Numbered from the stretch's first letter, positions 51,030 through 63,910 are shown. The stretch: 64,000 nt of DNA from Octopus bimaculoides (GCF_001194135.2 NC_068991.1:9344298-9408297); one strand, 5' to 3'. The notes: generated by a model from the letters alone, not told the origin. Numbers and translations: made by a program.

Positions 51030-51420
51030 AATGGTTTCAAATTTTGACTCATGACCAGCACTTTAAGTCGGTTACATTGATCCTAACGCTCAGCTGATAC
51101 TTATTTTATTGACAGCGAAAAAATGAAAGGTAAAGTCGACCCGGCAATATTTGAACTTAGAACGTTAAATTGGAAGAAACGCCACAAAGCATTTATTCCG
51201 GCGTGGTAACGATTCTGCCAGCTCGCCACTTTCGGTTTCAAATTTTGGTACATGGTCAACAATTTAAGGGAAGCAGATAAGCTGATCACATCAACCCCAG
51301 TACTTCGCTGATACTTTATTTTTTGTCCCCGAAAAGATAAAAGGTCAAGTTGACCTCGGAGGGTTACGAATTCAGAACGTAAAGAGTCGGAAGAAATGCC
51401 GTTAAGACTTTTGCCAAGCG
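51030..51420 (-). mobile_element. Two tandem SINE A copies
   Basis: Two successive body-plus-tail matches. Confidence 0.75.
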
Positions 51421-52139
51421 TGCAGCCTTTTTTTTTGTATGATAATAAAACTCGTGCATGCATCTTCCCCACTGGTTCTTTTATAATTATCATTAATTAA
51501 TCTATAGCAGTTTATTTTCATTACGGTGCAGATGCTAATGCATTTTTAAAAATTCGTCGGGAATCGAACAAGTATACCGACACAACTGGAAATGAAAACT
51601 GATTTTGTGTTTTCCAGTAACAGGCTACCACACTTCTTCAACATCTTTGTTATTGCTTTCTGAGATATTTTCTTTATTATTCCTTAAATTTAAATTCATA
51701 CTTGTAATCCTATCAAATATTATGAAAAAATGATTATCTCCCTTGTACTAACTGTCCACTAGGTAACTCCACGCATAGCATATTCTTGAGATGATAGGCA
51801 TATTAAATGTCCTTTCATCTTTATTCCAAGTTGTGTAACACCTATCAGAACGGCTCAAGTGTTGCTGAGACATATTACAGATTCGTTGAACATGGTTTTA
51901 AATCACTGAACATCTGGAACATTCAATGCAAGTTGCCTCCATATGACCAATTCTTTAACGAACGCTGAGTCTTCATATGTTTTTTGAAACCCTCCCTAAG
52001 GTTGAGACAACAACGGAATCTCTTCGTAGTTAAACAATATGTTAGAAATAGCAGCCAAAGTTCTTGTAAATCATACCTACTGTCTTTAATAAGGAAAGAA
52101 CAGATTGGATAATAGTTTTACATACATACATAAAGGTAC

Positions 52140-52246
52140 TGAATACTTACGCACATACATGTATGCATATATACACACACACGCACACGCACACGCACAC
52201 GCACACGCACGCACGCACACACACACACACACACAAATATATATAT

Positions 52247-52302
<56 letters not shown>

Positions 52303-52533
52303 GCAAACAGAAATACGTAAATATGCATATACATACACGAATATATATTTGTGCGTGTGTGTGTATATATATATATATATGTATATATGCATGTAAATTT
52401 GTATATGTGTGTACATACACATGCGCACGCGCACAAACACACACACACATACACACACACATATATATACACACGAATACACGCATACAGATACATATGA
52501 GTCTATATACATATATATATATGGGTGTGTGTG

Positions 52534-52590
<57 letters not shown>

Positions 52591-52640
52591 ACACACACAT
52601 ACGAATGCCCACGCACACGCATACATACGTACGCACATGC
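52140..52640. repeat. Compound CA/TA/TG low-complexity tract
   Basis: Read directly; source of several spurious ORFs. Confidence 0.9.
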
Positions 52641-53474
52641 ATGCTTACGTAATCGGTGTGTGCATGCATATACTCTTGCATTTTCTTATGATAAAATAGA
52701 CACAGAGTTAGCTAACTACTAAACTAATCTACTAACTGGAGTTTAAGCCACTTGAGACGAGCAAACAATGCTAAATATCTGAGAATTTATTCCTTACACC
52801 TCTCGCTACATGGTTCCTGTTCAGGTGAAGGTAATTATATTTGAAGAGAATATCTGCAACAGACTTCAACGCCCTTTAACGGTGCCCGTCTCCTCTTCTC
52901 TGCCATCCCTCTCTAACAATCTCTGTGCCAATCTGAATAACAGCGCTGAATTGGATTCGTTGGCGACCCTGTTGTATACCTAGCTGAATTATGCAAGTCA
53001 CAACGAATCTACACTTGCTAGAAAAAGATACCAAATCTACCTGAAGTCATGTGATCTCCTTATACTTTTTTTAACAAGATGTGTTGGATAATATAGCGTT
53101 AGGTAGACTAGATCTACGATAAATGTTGGTATGATCAAGATTTAAATACTTTTAGTTTTCTTTACTTTGTTTCAGCTATCGTAGACGAGACCATGTTGTA
53201 GTCTTGCCTTCAAATTCTTTGTTCATGTGTTTTTTCTCGATCAAAGCTGCTTAGACTTAAACAACAATGAAAAAACAACAGAATATTACGTATCGAGAGG
53301 CCTTTTATGTGGTTGCATCACCTGCAAGAAGTGACGGCTGAATCTCCCTTGTATCATCGTCTTATGAAACGTGATAATACTCACGTCTGAGATAACAGAT
53401 GGACGCGTCAGACTACTTCTGATGAGAGACTGGCCTGAGGTTAAACATGAACAAAAACAATAACATCAGAAGAC

Positions 53475-53576
53475 CAGTAGCGTAGTTTGAGGTAGAGGGC
53501 AGAGGGCGCTGCGCTTTTGGATCCACTGTTTAAGCTTGTATGACGTTGGGGGAGGCAACCTCAGGGGCTGCCACTG
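53475..53576. mobile_element. 102-bp hAT-like miniature element
   Basis: CAGTAGC...GCCACTG termini with a perfect 8-bp TSD CAGAAGAC (53467-53474 and 53577-53584). Confidence 0.75.
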
Positions 53577-53628
53577 CAGAAGACACCAGGAATCGTGAGG
53601 AAGTTTCTACATTGTTGCTTTACCTGCA

Positions 53629-53900
53629 AGAAATAACAGCCAACTTTGCTTCAAATCACACGCTGTTGTCCTTAAAAATAGAAATCAATACGCATAAGAA
53701 ATTGCAGCCAAATATATCCCTGAAATCACGCAATACCGTCGTTTAAAAAATAAAGCAAAGCATATTAGAAATTGCAGCCAATTCTCCCTCAAATCTTGCA
53801 CAATTGTCCTTTAATAAATAGGACAGGACATATTAGAAATTGCAGCCAAATCTCGCTCAAATTATACTCTATCGTAGGCTAAAAGGAAAACGTCAAGACA
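53629..53900 (+). repeat. Four tandem units of 68-70 bp
   Basis: AGAAAT(T/A)(G/A)CAGCCAA at 53629, 53697, 53767 and 53835. Confidence 0.85.
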
Positions 53901-54365
53901 TTTGATAACGTAATTCAACATGTTATCTTTATTTCCGTTCTCTCCTGTCGCACGTATTGTTTTATCATTGACTCATTAAATGGTTCTAGCAGCATAATCA
54001 ATTTTATTATGAGTAATGGCTGCTAGCTCCGCACTCAACTGCCACTCTCCTCCTTTTCTGGAGAATGTTGCGCCGTGACTGGTCTCCTACGACACTTCGT
54101 GTGCCGTGTCGTAACCGATCCCAAGGAAGAAAAGAAGCAGAAGAATTTCCGTTTCTTATACTGATACTTTATTGATGGACTCCAGAAAGCTGAAAGGCAA
54201 AGTTGACTTAGACACGATTTGAACTCAGGTCACAAAGAGACGAAGACAAATACGGCAAGGAGTTTTGTCTGACTCTGTAACAACTATGCCAATTCGCCGC
54301 CTAAGGTTACAAACGTTATACTATGTCTGAACATACATACATACATACATACATACATACATACA

Positions 54366-54397
<32 letters not shown>

Positions 54398-54788
54398 ATA
54401 TGACTATATATATAAAGCCGTTTGTCAAAAAGTTACCGATAGGATAAGTACCAAACTTTTTTTAAATGTTCTGGGGTCGATTTGTTCGACTACAGCCTTC
54501 AAGGTGGTACCCCAGCCTGGCCGCAGTTTAATGACTGAAACAGGTAAATGATATATAAATACACACACATACTCACTCACTCACTCACTCAGACATATAT
54601 ATATATATATATATAAGATTCTGTAGTCATAGCAAGAAAAATGGTTTTGATTAAAAGTCTGAGCTGAAACAAGACTCATCTGAAACTAAACAACACGAAA
54701 AGCAACAACAACCAAAAAAAAAAACTGAACTGCAAAGGCGACAATAATAGCAAGTACAACTCAAACAACATCAAAATCAACTACTAAC

Positions 54789-54789
<1 letters not shown>

Positions 54790-54860
<71 letters not shown>
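54790..54860. repeat. (GATA)n microsatellite
   Basis: Read directly. Confidence 0.95.
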
Positions 54861-55659
54861 TCTTTTATATCTTATAGACTAAACGCTATAATATTAAGTA
54901 AAATAAGCTGTTTCTTGTATTTTTCATATTGTCTTTTACAATATATTTTGGTTTTAAAATGTCTACCGTCTAATTAGTTATAATGACGTAGTTTTTGTTT
55001 TCTGTGTTGTTCTTGTAGTACTCGTTGTCCTTGTTTATTAAACTTGTTATTGCTGTTTTTATTGGGTAATTTTTTAATATGAAGTTGTTCGTTTTGTCTG
55101 CTCTATTGTTGATTTTTGTATGTTGTTGTTGATGTTTTTTAATAAATTTAGCAGCTTTTTTTAAAATGGTTATATTATGTACTTCGTTATATTGTAACTG
55201 TTGTAATTGTTGTTGTTCTTCTTAGTGCTGCTATTATTGAATAAGCCCCAGGTCAGCTTTGATTGAGTAGGCCTACAGTCGAAGGCAATCCAGCCTTGAT
55301 CATCCCGACTTTTACTTTTATTCAGATACAGTGTTATCTAAGACAACATTATGCCATTACGCAATGGCTTCCGCTTAAAGAGTGTGATTTGGTGCAGATT
55401 TGGCGGCAATTTCAAGATAGGTCAAACACACCCACACATACACGCACAAACACACCCACACATACACTCACACACACACACGAACATACACACATACACA
55501 AAGCTGGTGACCACACATATACACACAGGCGGAGACACTCAAAAGAATACATCTAGCTCAAAGGAAAGTCCTTATTCTTTCTTCAACAAGACATTCATCA
55601 CAACATACACACCTATCAACTCACAGCTGGTCACTTTCCAAACATATTGAAAGGACCTG

Positions 55660-55855
55660 ACAGAAACGTTAGCACGCCAGGCCAAATGCTTAGCGATATT
55701 TCGTCTGGCTTTACGTTCTGAGTTCAAATTCTGCCGAGGTCGACTTTGTCTTTCATCCTTTCAGGGTCGGTAAAGTAATTACCTTCTGGGGGTTGATCTA
55801 AGCGACTGGCCCCCCTCCCCAAAAATTACGGGCCTTGTGCCTAGAGTAGAAAAGA
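55660..55855 (+). mobile_element. SINE family A, tail type 1
   Basis: agaaacgttagcacgcc...ccttgtgcctagagtagaaaagatt. Confidence 0.85.
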
Positions 55856-56786
55856 TTCAACACATTACACACACACTCACACACGCATTCATACACACAC
55901 ACACACACATTCACACACACAGTTGGACATAGACCCATTCAATAAATGCTTTTTAGCCACTCCCTTGGCAGGAACACACAAAGATTTCTTTTAGACAATA
56001 GACACCCCTTCTCGCACTCTCTAACACTTTGAAATCTATACCAAACTATATTTAAAGAAGACTTCAAAGAAAAATCTCTAGACATGTTCTGGACCCCACC
56101 AGACAGAAGATAAACTGTTTTTACTTCNNNNNNNNNNNNNNNNNNNNNNNNNNNNNNNNNNNNNNNNNNNNNNNNNNNNNNNNNNNNNNNNNNNNNNNNN
56201 NNNNNNNNNNNNNNNNNNNNNNNNNNNNNNNNNNNNNNNNNNNNNNNNNNNNNNNNNNNNNNNNNNNNNNNNNNNNNNNNNNNNNNNNNNNNNNNNNNNN
56301 NNNNNNNNNNNNNNNNNNNNNNNNNNNNNNNNNNNNNNNNNNNNNNNNNNNNNNNNNNNNNNNNNNNNNNNNNNNNNNNNNNNNNNNNNNNNNNNNNNNN
56401 NNNNNNNNNNNNNNNNNNNNNNNNNNNNNNNNNNNNNNNNNNNNNNNNNNNNNNNNNNNNNNNNNNNNNNNNNNNNNNNNNNNNNNNNNNNNNNNNNNNN
56501 NNNNNNNNNNNNNNNNNNNNNNNNNNNNNNNNNNNNNNNNNNNNNNNNNNNNNNNNNNNNNNNNNNNNNNNNNNNNNNNNNNNNNNNNNNNNNNNNNNNN
56601 NNNNNNNNNNNNNNNNNNNNNNNNNNNNNNNNNNNNNNNNNNNNNNNNNNNNNNNNNNNNNNNNNNNNNNNNNNNNNNNNNNNNNNNNNNNNNNNNNNNN
56701 NNNNNNNNNNNNNNNNNNNNNNNNNNNNNNNNNNNNNNNNNNNNNNNNNNNNNNNNNNNNNNNNNNNNNNNNNNNNNNNNNNNNNN

Positions 56787-57031
56787 CATTTATGGTGCAT
56801 TTTAGAAAAACAAGTGAGGAATCGATATCCTCCACCATCATCACCACAAGAACTAGAGACTGTTTTAACTGAAGAACGGGCAAAAATTCCTTTGTAAACA
56901 ACTCGAACTTTGTACGAGTCCATACCTCATAGATTTCAAGCTGTAATTACTGCTAAAGGCGGTCCTACCCCATATTAAAATAAATTTGTTTGAAATTTTA
57001 AAGTGCTTCCATTATTTTGTCCACCCCACTG
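56787..57031 (+). mobile_element. 3' end of a Tc1-like transposon (remainder probably in the N gap)
   Basis: Encodes HLWCILEKQVRNRYPPPSS.QELETVL.EE..KIP...YESIPHRFQAVITAKGGPTPY*; ends ...ccaccccactg|TA. Confidence 0.85.
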
Positions 57032-57047
57032 TATATATATATATATA

Positions 57048-57206
57048 TACGACTGGCTTCTTTCAGTTTCCGTCTACCAAATCCACTCACAAGGCTTTGG
57101 TCGGCCCGAGGCTATAGTAGAAGACATTTGCCCAAAGTGTCACTCGGTGGAACTGAACCCGGAACCATGTGGTTGGGAAGCAAGCTTCTAACCAATCAGT
57201 CACGCC
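57048..57206 (-). mobile_element. SINE family B head and body
   Basis: Reverse match to 63142-63307. Confidence 0.85.
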
Positions 57207-57317
57207 TGCACCTACGTATATGTATATTTTTGATATTTAGCAGAAGTAACAGAGTAACTCAAGGTCCGAGAGTTTCGTGTCAACTGTGGGTGTGTTTGCT
57301 TGGGTATGTGTGCCTCT

Positions 57318-57363
<46 letters not shown>

Positions 57364-59126
57364 NNNNNNNNNNNNNNNNNNNNNNNNNNNNNNNNNNNNN
57401 NNNNNNNNNNNNNNNNNNNNNNNNNNNNNNNNNNNNNNNNNNNNNNNNNNNNNNNNNNNNNNNNNNNNNNNNNNNNNNNNNNNNNNNNNNNNNNNNNNNN
57501 NNNNNNNNNNNNNNNNNNNNNNNNNNNNNNNNNNNNNNNNNNNNNNNNNNNNNNNNNNNNNNNNNNNNNNNNNNNNNNNNNNNNNNNNNNNNNNNNNNNN
57601 NNNNNNNNNNNNNNNNNNNNNNNNNNNNNNNNNNNNNNNNNNNNNNNNNNNNNNNNNNNNNNNNNNNNNNNNNNNNNNNNNNNNNNNNNNNNNNNNNNNN
57701 NNNNNNNNNNNNNNNNNNNNNNNNNNNNNNNNNNNNNNNNNNNNNNNNNNNNNNNNNNNNNNNNNNNNTGTGTGTGTAACCTTGACCTTGAAATTAAATC
57801 TGACCTGCAATTCAACCCTTACATGTTGCACAACGAAGTCTGTGAGAGAGAGACAGGGGAGTAGCGTGAGGTCCTTGAATTCAAATGATAAAATTGTATT
57901 GTTGCATCAGCCGACACGTCATTTCCCTTTCCTTTTGTTTTCCTTCTGCTAAGCAAGGCAAGCATCGTTCTTTTTGTCTATTTTGGGCAGACGTTGTTGC
58001 TGTGGCTATTGTTGCTGCTGTAGCTGTTGCGGTTGTTGTTATTGTTGCTGCTACTGCTGCTGCTGCTGCTACTACTGTTGTTGTTGTCATTATTATTTAG
58101 CCTCCAACTCGGCTCTCAACGAGCAGACGTATGCTCAAACGCACTCTTGCCGTAGCCATCTCGTCTTTTATTCGTCATAAAACACTGTAGACTGTGACTC
58201 AATGTAGATTTAGTGTTATTCTTCAAAGCCACTTGTGAATCAGTTGAGTTCCAAAACTTTGAGAAACTTATATAGCTTCATTAAGATTCCTTTAAACTGG
58301 TGTGATTATAATCCCTTCGTAGGGATTAAAGGTGTTTCTTTGAATGAAAATATGTGTATTTACAAACATGTGTAGGAGAAGTGATTAGCACTTGCTGGGT
58401 GCTTCACAATTTCCATACACAGTACATGGAAGGAAAAAGGGGAGGACAAGATCTCTCTGGATAAATAACAGTAATTTATTTTCTCTGAATAAACATTCTA
58501 TCTCTGGTTAGCGGTAGCCGTGAACGCCTAGGTGAAGAAGCAGCAGGGTTGGTCGTTAGACACAAAGTAATAAGGCATTGTCACAGACTCGCAGTGTCGC
58601 TCGCCAATAGATATCCTGCGTGTTCGTATCACGTCGGGGTCACCATTTTGTAAACGACCGTGCGAAAGGAGAGGTGACGAGAATGGCTCTTTTAGTACAT
58701 TGCATGGTCGATACAAATAAAATACGAAGAAGGATAAATATGTATAAGTGCTAGAAGGAAAAGAGAGACACAACAGGGGTGGAATGTTTAAGAGAAGATT
58801 TTATTGATAGGTTAACATGTGTGTCTGTGTGTGCGTCATACAAACATAATAATAGACAGGCCGTCATGTATACATAATGTGTATGTGTGTGCAAGCATGG
58901 ATGCATGCGTGTGCGATAAGTACAGAGCATAGAAAGAGTCTATAATGACGTTAGAAGAAAGTCCAGACACAAGGATGATAAATACCAGTTCGTAGTCAAG
59001 GTACACAGTAGTTGAAGTGCTGTATCAAGAAGTTGAGGCTGCAATGCAGAGCCGGGGAGAGGCACATGTTGTATAAGAAGTTGTGGCTACGATGCAGAGC
59101 CGGTATCTTGGTACAGATGGTTGTCG

Positions 59127-59212
59127 CAGTTTTTGTTATATTTCTGCTGCTTTTAAATAAAGCATATTACTCTACCTCTGGTATTTGAGTACTCTTTTTT
59201 CCACCTTGTTGC
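59127..59212 (+). mobile_element. Second, inverted copy of the pLTR-like 3' segment
   Basis: About 40 nt (cagtttttgttatatttctgctgcttttaaataaagcatat) is the reverse complement of 60516-60557 except for one T-run indel. Confidence 0.55.
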
Positions 59213-59589
59213 AATTTCCATCGCTAATCGACAGACTATACTGACGATCCTGCAGATATTTACTTATGTAAATTTTAACAGGTGAAACCATGGTACGTAA
59301 GTTAATCGTTTTTTTTTATTTAGTATTTTTTCATTTGTCTTGCCATTTTACAGTCTGTTGTGTCGCTGAATTTTTACTGAGAACATATATTTTTTTCGTG
59401 GTTAGATGATTCGGCATCTATTTCTAGCATATAGGAGTCCTCTTTTGCTGGTCATTCCTCTTATTTTTTTGTATGTAATATAATTTTAATCTTCGGATTT
59501 TTTTAATATGCTAGACCACTGGTTCTAATTGATCAATTTCTACCCTCATAAATAAATTTTATATATATATTTATATATACATATATTCT

Positions 59590-59790
59590 TTTATTTGTTT
59601 CAGTCATTTGACTGCGGCCATGTTGGAGCACCATCTTTGGTCGAAGAAATCGACCCCAAAACTCATTCTTTGTAAGCCTAGTATTTATTCTACCGGATCG
59701 TTTTCCGAACCGCTAAGTTACGGGGACGTAAACACACCAGCATCGGTTGTGAAGCGATGGTGGGGGACGAATGCAGAGAAACAAAGATAC
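59590..59790 (-). mobile_element. SINE family B 3' module
   Basis: Same module at about 4310, 6700, 17720, 19850, 41650, 50690 and 54410. Confidence 0.8.
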
Positions 59791-59854
59791 ACACACACAC
59801 ACACACANNNNNNNNNNNNNNNNNNNNNNNNNNNNNNNNNNNNNNNNNNNNNNN

Positions 59855-59890
<36 letters not shown>

Positions 59891-59919
59891 GAAGCATGAC
59901 TTCTCTCTTTTACTATTTT

Positions 59920-59951
<32 letters not shown>

Positions 59952-60515
59952 TGCCATTGCTAATTTTCTCACAGACAATGGTAGTTGATAAATACTTCAA
60001 AGAGAAACTAACCGAAGGCCAACAAAAATACTTTTTTTCTATTCTTAAGCAAACAGAAACTCTATTTCCTTTGTTGGTAGTTATCTCATTTCACGATGTT
60101 TTAAAAGACACAAAGCACATTTATATCTTAATATTTATTATCTACGACGCGTAATTAAACTAAATAACTATAAATGGGGTCTGTTGGTGAATCAAACGCA
60201 GTTTTGATGTCTTCCTTTATTCGTTATCCCTTTTAATATGGGTCACTTTTAAAGAGAAAGCGTGTGTAAGTGAATGATAAGACTGTGTCGCTTGCATTGA
60301 CTGTGAACGTACAGAGTTACCGATAAGGTAAGTGCAGTAATTCTCAATCGGGATCCATACTGGCCCTTTGTGGGTCCATAGAAGATTTTGTTGTTAAAAT
60401 CTATCCGCAATAAATTGGTTATAGTTCTACAGTACACAAAATATATTAGCAATTCTTTTATACAATTCCTAATAATATTAGATTATAAAAACGCAGTAAG
60501 ATTATATATATATAT

Positions 60516-60690
60516 ATATGCTTTATTTAAAAGCAGCAGAAATATAACAAAAAACTGTTACTCAGAGTTTCACGTTCCCGTTCATCGGACAGTTTATATA
60601 TACATACAGCAAATAGCTACGGAGGCCCAGTAGAGTAAAACAGGAATAAAAGGGATCCATAGGCAAAAAAATGATTGAGAACTACAGGTA
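60516..60690 (-). mobile_element. Penelope-like element terminal repeat (pLTR) fragment
   Basis: Contains the hammerhead followed by an AATAAA-bearing segment shared with 59127-59167. No ORF is visible, so the PLE assignment is inferred from the ribozyme type; the right boundary is uncertain. Confidence 0.5.
60552..60595 (-). ncRNA. Minimal type I hammerhead ribozyme fold (U4C variant) in a Penelope-like terminal repeat
   Basis: Minus strand reads AAACUGU CCGAUGA ACG-GGAA-CGU GAA ACUC-U-GAGU A ACAGUUU: 7-bp helix I, 3-bp helix II with a GNRA loop, palindromic helix III, GUA cleavage triplet. Confidence 0.7.
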
Positions 60691-62616
60691 TGCAGTCGGC
60701 GTGCAGTGATGTAGCTAGGGCGTGTGCCGCCCACTACAGCCCTTGTGTTTTTCCGCCCCTTCTGCCAGGCCTTCACAGCCTCTACAGGTTTATACGACAG
60801 ACCCAAAGTACTGCCCCTGTCCCGCAAAAACGTCGACCGGTGTGTCACTTCACCTGTCATCAGTGTCCCATGATTAGGTTGTTATTTGGGGATATTATTG
60901 TATAAAAAAGAAACAAAACTCCGTTGCTGTGTTGTTCTGGCTAAACTATTTTTCTGTCATAAGCTGAGCCATGCTGCTTACAATGATATGAAGCGATGAT
61001 TTATAGGAGGTTGAGGTCATAGGATAGTAAGGACATGCCGTGTGCTTTCGACTGTTCCTCTCACCTACTATTGGATGGTGCTCTTTTGTGTAAGCAGTGA
61101 CACGGTCGACTAGAATAGTGATGACGTTGACTGTTATTTATTTTATTGATGGTGAGCTACAAATCTGTAAGGGATGTGTATTGTTCATTGAATAAGGAAG
61201 AACCAAGAAGGCTGCGAAAATATCTTAAGAGAATTACATAAATGGAGATATCAGGGAAATCTCAAGGGTGCTACATAATTTATACAAAGGAAATTGATAT
61301 ATAGATAGCAAATTAAAGAGAAACGGGTTCCTTCAGTGATTGAAGTGATCAAAGGAAAGAGAAGCTAACCAAAGCTATCAAAATGAAAAATATATTCAAG
61401 GCAAACTAACTGTTGAACAGATATGTCTCTTTAATACAGAAATAGATATTTGGAGCTAAGCAAAATGATTCTCGAGAAGCAGTTTCTCTGCAAGCTTGCG
61501 AGATGAAAATATTCTGGTCAGTGACATGAGAAAAGTGTTTCGGTGATATGAGAGAAGTGTTTCTCCTGGAAATGTCTGCCAGGAGAAAACAACACGTAAA
61601 GTGAAGACGCAACGATGTTGTTTTACAAAAATGCGATACAAACGAGGTACTACCGTACGTTATAGTGCACAAGATATTGGTTGAACTATTTTACTTACAT
61701 GCATAAACATTTAGTTACACATCTAAATACGATCAGTTGAGCAGAAGAAAAAAAGCCTTAGTGTTTACACACACATACACGCGCAGACACACACACACAC
61801 TTATACAAACATACATAAATATTTTCTTTATAAAGGTACACTCGAGATTCATTGTCCGTTTATTTCGCATAAACACTGGTTATAGCCCCATTAATTTTTA
61901 ATTAGTTGCAGAGCACTTCTGTTGAATAAATGTCTCGGTTAGATTAATGGAAGGTATGCCTTGTGAGGTTCATACGCATCTAGTAAGCGCGCGCGTGTGC
62001 TTTGGTGTAGATATGTGTCTACATGCGTGTGTGTGTGTGTGTGTGTGTACATATACACAAATACTGACGCAGAAACGCATGAATACGTGCGTACGTGTCA
62101 GGGTGTACAAGAGCGGGAGGGAAAGACAGAGAGAAACAGACGGAAGAGTGAGAAGGGAACAGACATCAAATTAAAAGAGAGAGATAGAGACAAACAGAGA
62201 AAGAGGATTTTTTTCTGAATGAACATTTGAACAACAATAACACTCACCTTCTGATAGAAGCAAAATACCCCTTTTGTCTTGCAGAGTAGCTCTTATCTTT
62301 CTGACAAGAGCCCTGGTCCCGTTCCTTGCCCTAAACCAGTCGACCATTGATCACTCTGAAGTAGATTTTGACTAGGAGATTCCGTAATTAAATTGACACG
62401 GTCTCCTTTTGTTTGATTGCAGCGCCCCTTTCCCGCCAGTCTGTCTCCTGTTTGATGAAGCTGATCAACATTCTTGGCGATAAATAGACTTTGTGTAAGA
62501 GTATATAATCGGAAGGTGTATAGTTCTCAGTGTAGTGTGTGTGTGTGAAAGATAGAGATACTGTGTGCCTGTGTGGACGCGCTTGTGAAGAATTTAAATG
62601 ATTAAATACAAAAGAG

Positions 62617-62710
62617 ACATACATACGTACATACATACATACATACATATATACATACATACATACATACATACATACATACATACATACATACATACAT
62701 ACATACATAC
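62617..62710. repeat. (CATA)n microsatellite
   Basis: Read directly. Confidence 0.95.
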
Positions 62711-63036
62711 ATGGTGCGTCAGGTATTGGAGAACAAGATATTTAAATTAGGAAAACAAAAATATTCATCAGAAAAAAACAACATAATTTCATAGAATTTT
62801 TTTACGCATAATCTTATATACACATGGCAAATGGCTTTCAATAAAACTGCCATCGGCCTCGATTACTGCCTCGATACGGCTTCTGAAACAACTAAATACA
62901 CTGATCAGTTGACCTTTATTCTTATTGGTCATAATGTCCCTAACAGCTGACATCAACAAGTTCTTGGTATTGTGAGCTTGCTTGTTGGTTTCCCTCTCGA
63001 CAATGTCTCAGATATAGTTGCCAAGAAGAGGGGTTA
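62710..63036 (-). mobile_element. 3' remnant of a second maT-like mariner
   Basis: Minus strand encodes TPNIWPLSSSDL...IVERETNKQAHNTK...FRSRIEAVIEADGSFIE; terminus TA|CATGGTGCG at 62710. Confidence 0.8.
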
Positions 63037-63141
63037 AATCAGAAGAGCTAAGAGGCCAAATATTAGGAGTAACATAATCATGAAAATTCTCGGCCTATAT
63101 ATATATATATGTAGTGGATCTTGCATGCATGAAGTGGATTA

Positions 63142-63307
63142 GGCGTAGGAGTGGCTGTGTGGTAAGTAACTTGCTTACGAACCACATGGTTCCGGGTTCA
63201 GTCCCACTGCGTGGCACCTTGGGCAAGTGTCTTCAACTATAGCCTCGAGCCGACCAAAGCCTTGTGAGTGGATTTGGTAGACGGAAACTGAAAGAAGCCC
63301 GTCGTAT
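63142..63307 (+). mobile_element. SINE family B head and body
   Basis: gtggctgtgtggtaag...ggttccgggttcagtcccactgcgtggcaccttgggcaagtg. Confidence 0.88.
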
Positions 63308-63324
63308 ATATGTATATATATATA

Positions 63325-63910
63325 TGTAAAAGCAGTAAAATGTGACAACCGATGCAGACTTTGTGGAGTTCACTCTGAAGATATCACCCATATCATAAGC
63401 AGTTGTCCGAAAATATTATCACGGTTTATCTACCGATGAGACATGATGTACTAGTTCGGACACTTTGTATTGAAATCCGTCGGAGGGATAATCCCGCGGA
63501 TAAAGAAATAAGAACCCACAACATGGTAAAAACCATAGCCACTCATAACTAAAAGGAATACAGGTTGAATGTTCCAGTGAAGATCTCAATAAAATGTAAA
63601 CACAACAGACATGATATAATGATTTGGGAAAGAGAAAGAGAAACTGTGCACAGCTGTGGAAATTAGCGGCCCAGAGGATGTTAACATAAAGCTGAAGATC
63701 AGTGAAAAAAAGAATACTTATGCTGAACTATTGAGAAATATGTAGTTACTCTATCCAGACTATAAGTTCAGGCTTATACCTGTAATTATTGGGGCCCACG
63801 GATATGTAACACAGCCTAAATACCAATCTTGAGAAATTAGGCTTCTCAAAACCAGAAAACTAATTCGAGACAGATCCAGTTCATTACTAGAACTGTAAAA
63901 ATCTGTAAAA
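63325..63910 (+). mobile_element. RLE-type (R4-like) non-LTR retrotransposon 3' remnant, distinct family
   Basis: CDNRCRLCGVHSEDITHIISSCPK (CCHC), RHDVL, KHNR.DIMIW, VEIS.P.DVN, YKFRLIPVIIGA.GYV. Confidence 0.8.

Noticed and set aside
52086-52722. ORFs rich in YI/HT/VC repeats (and similar ones throughout)
   Set aside because: Translations of TA/CA/TG microsatellites.
53629-53900. CRISPR-like array
   Set aside because: Eukaryotic context, whole units are homologous with no unique spacers, and there are no cas genes.
58500-58773. Relatively CpG-rich unique stretch and an 81-aa ORF as a promoter or exon
   Set aside because: No splice or promoter evidence can be established from sequence alone.
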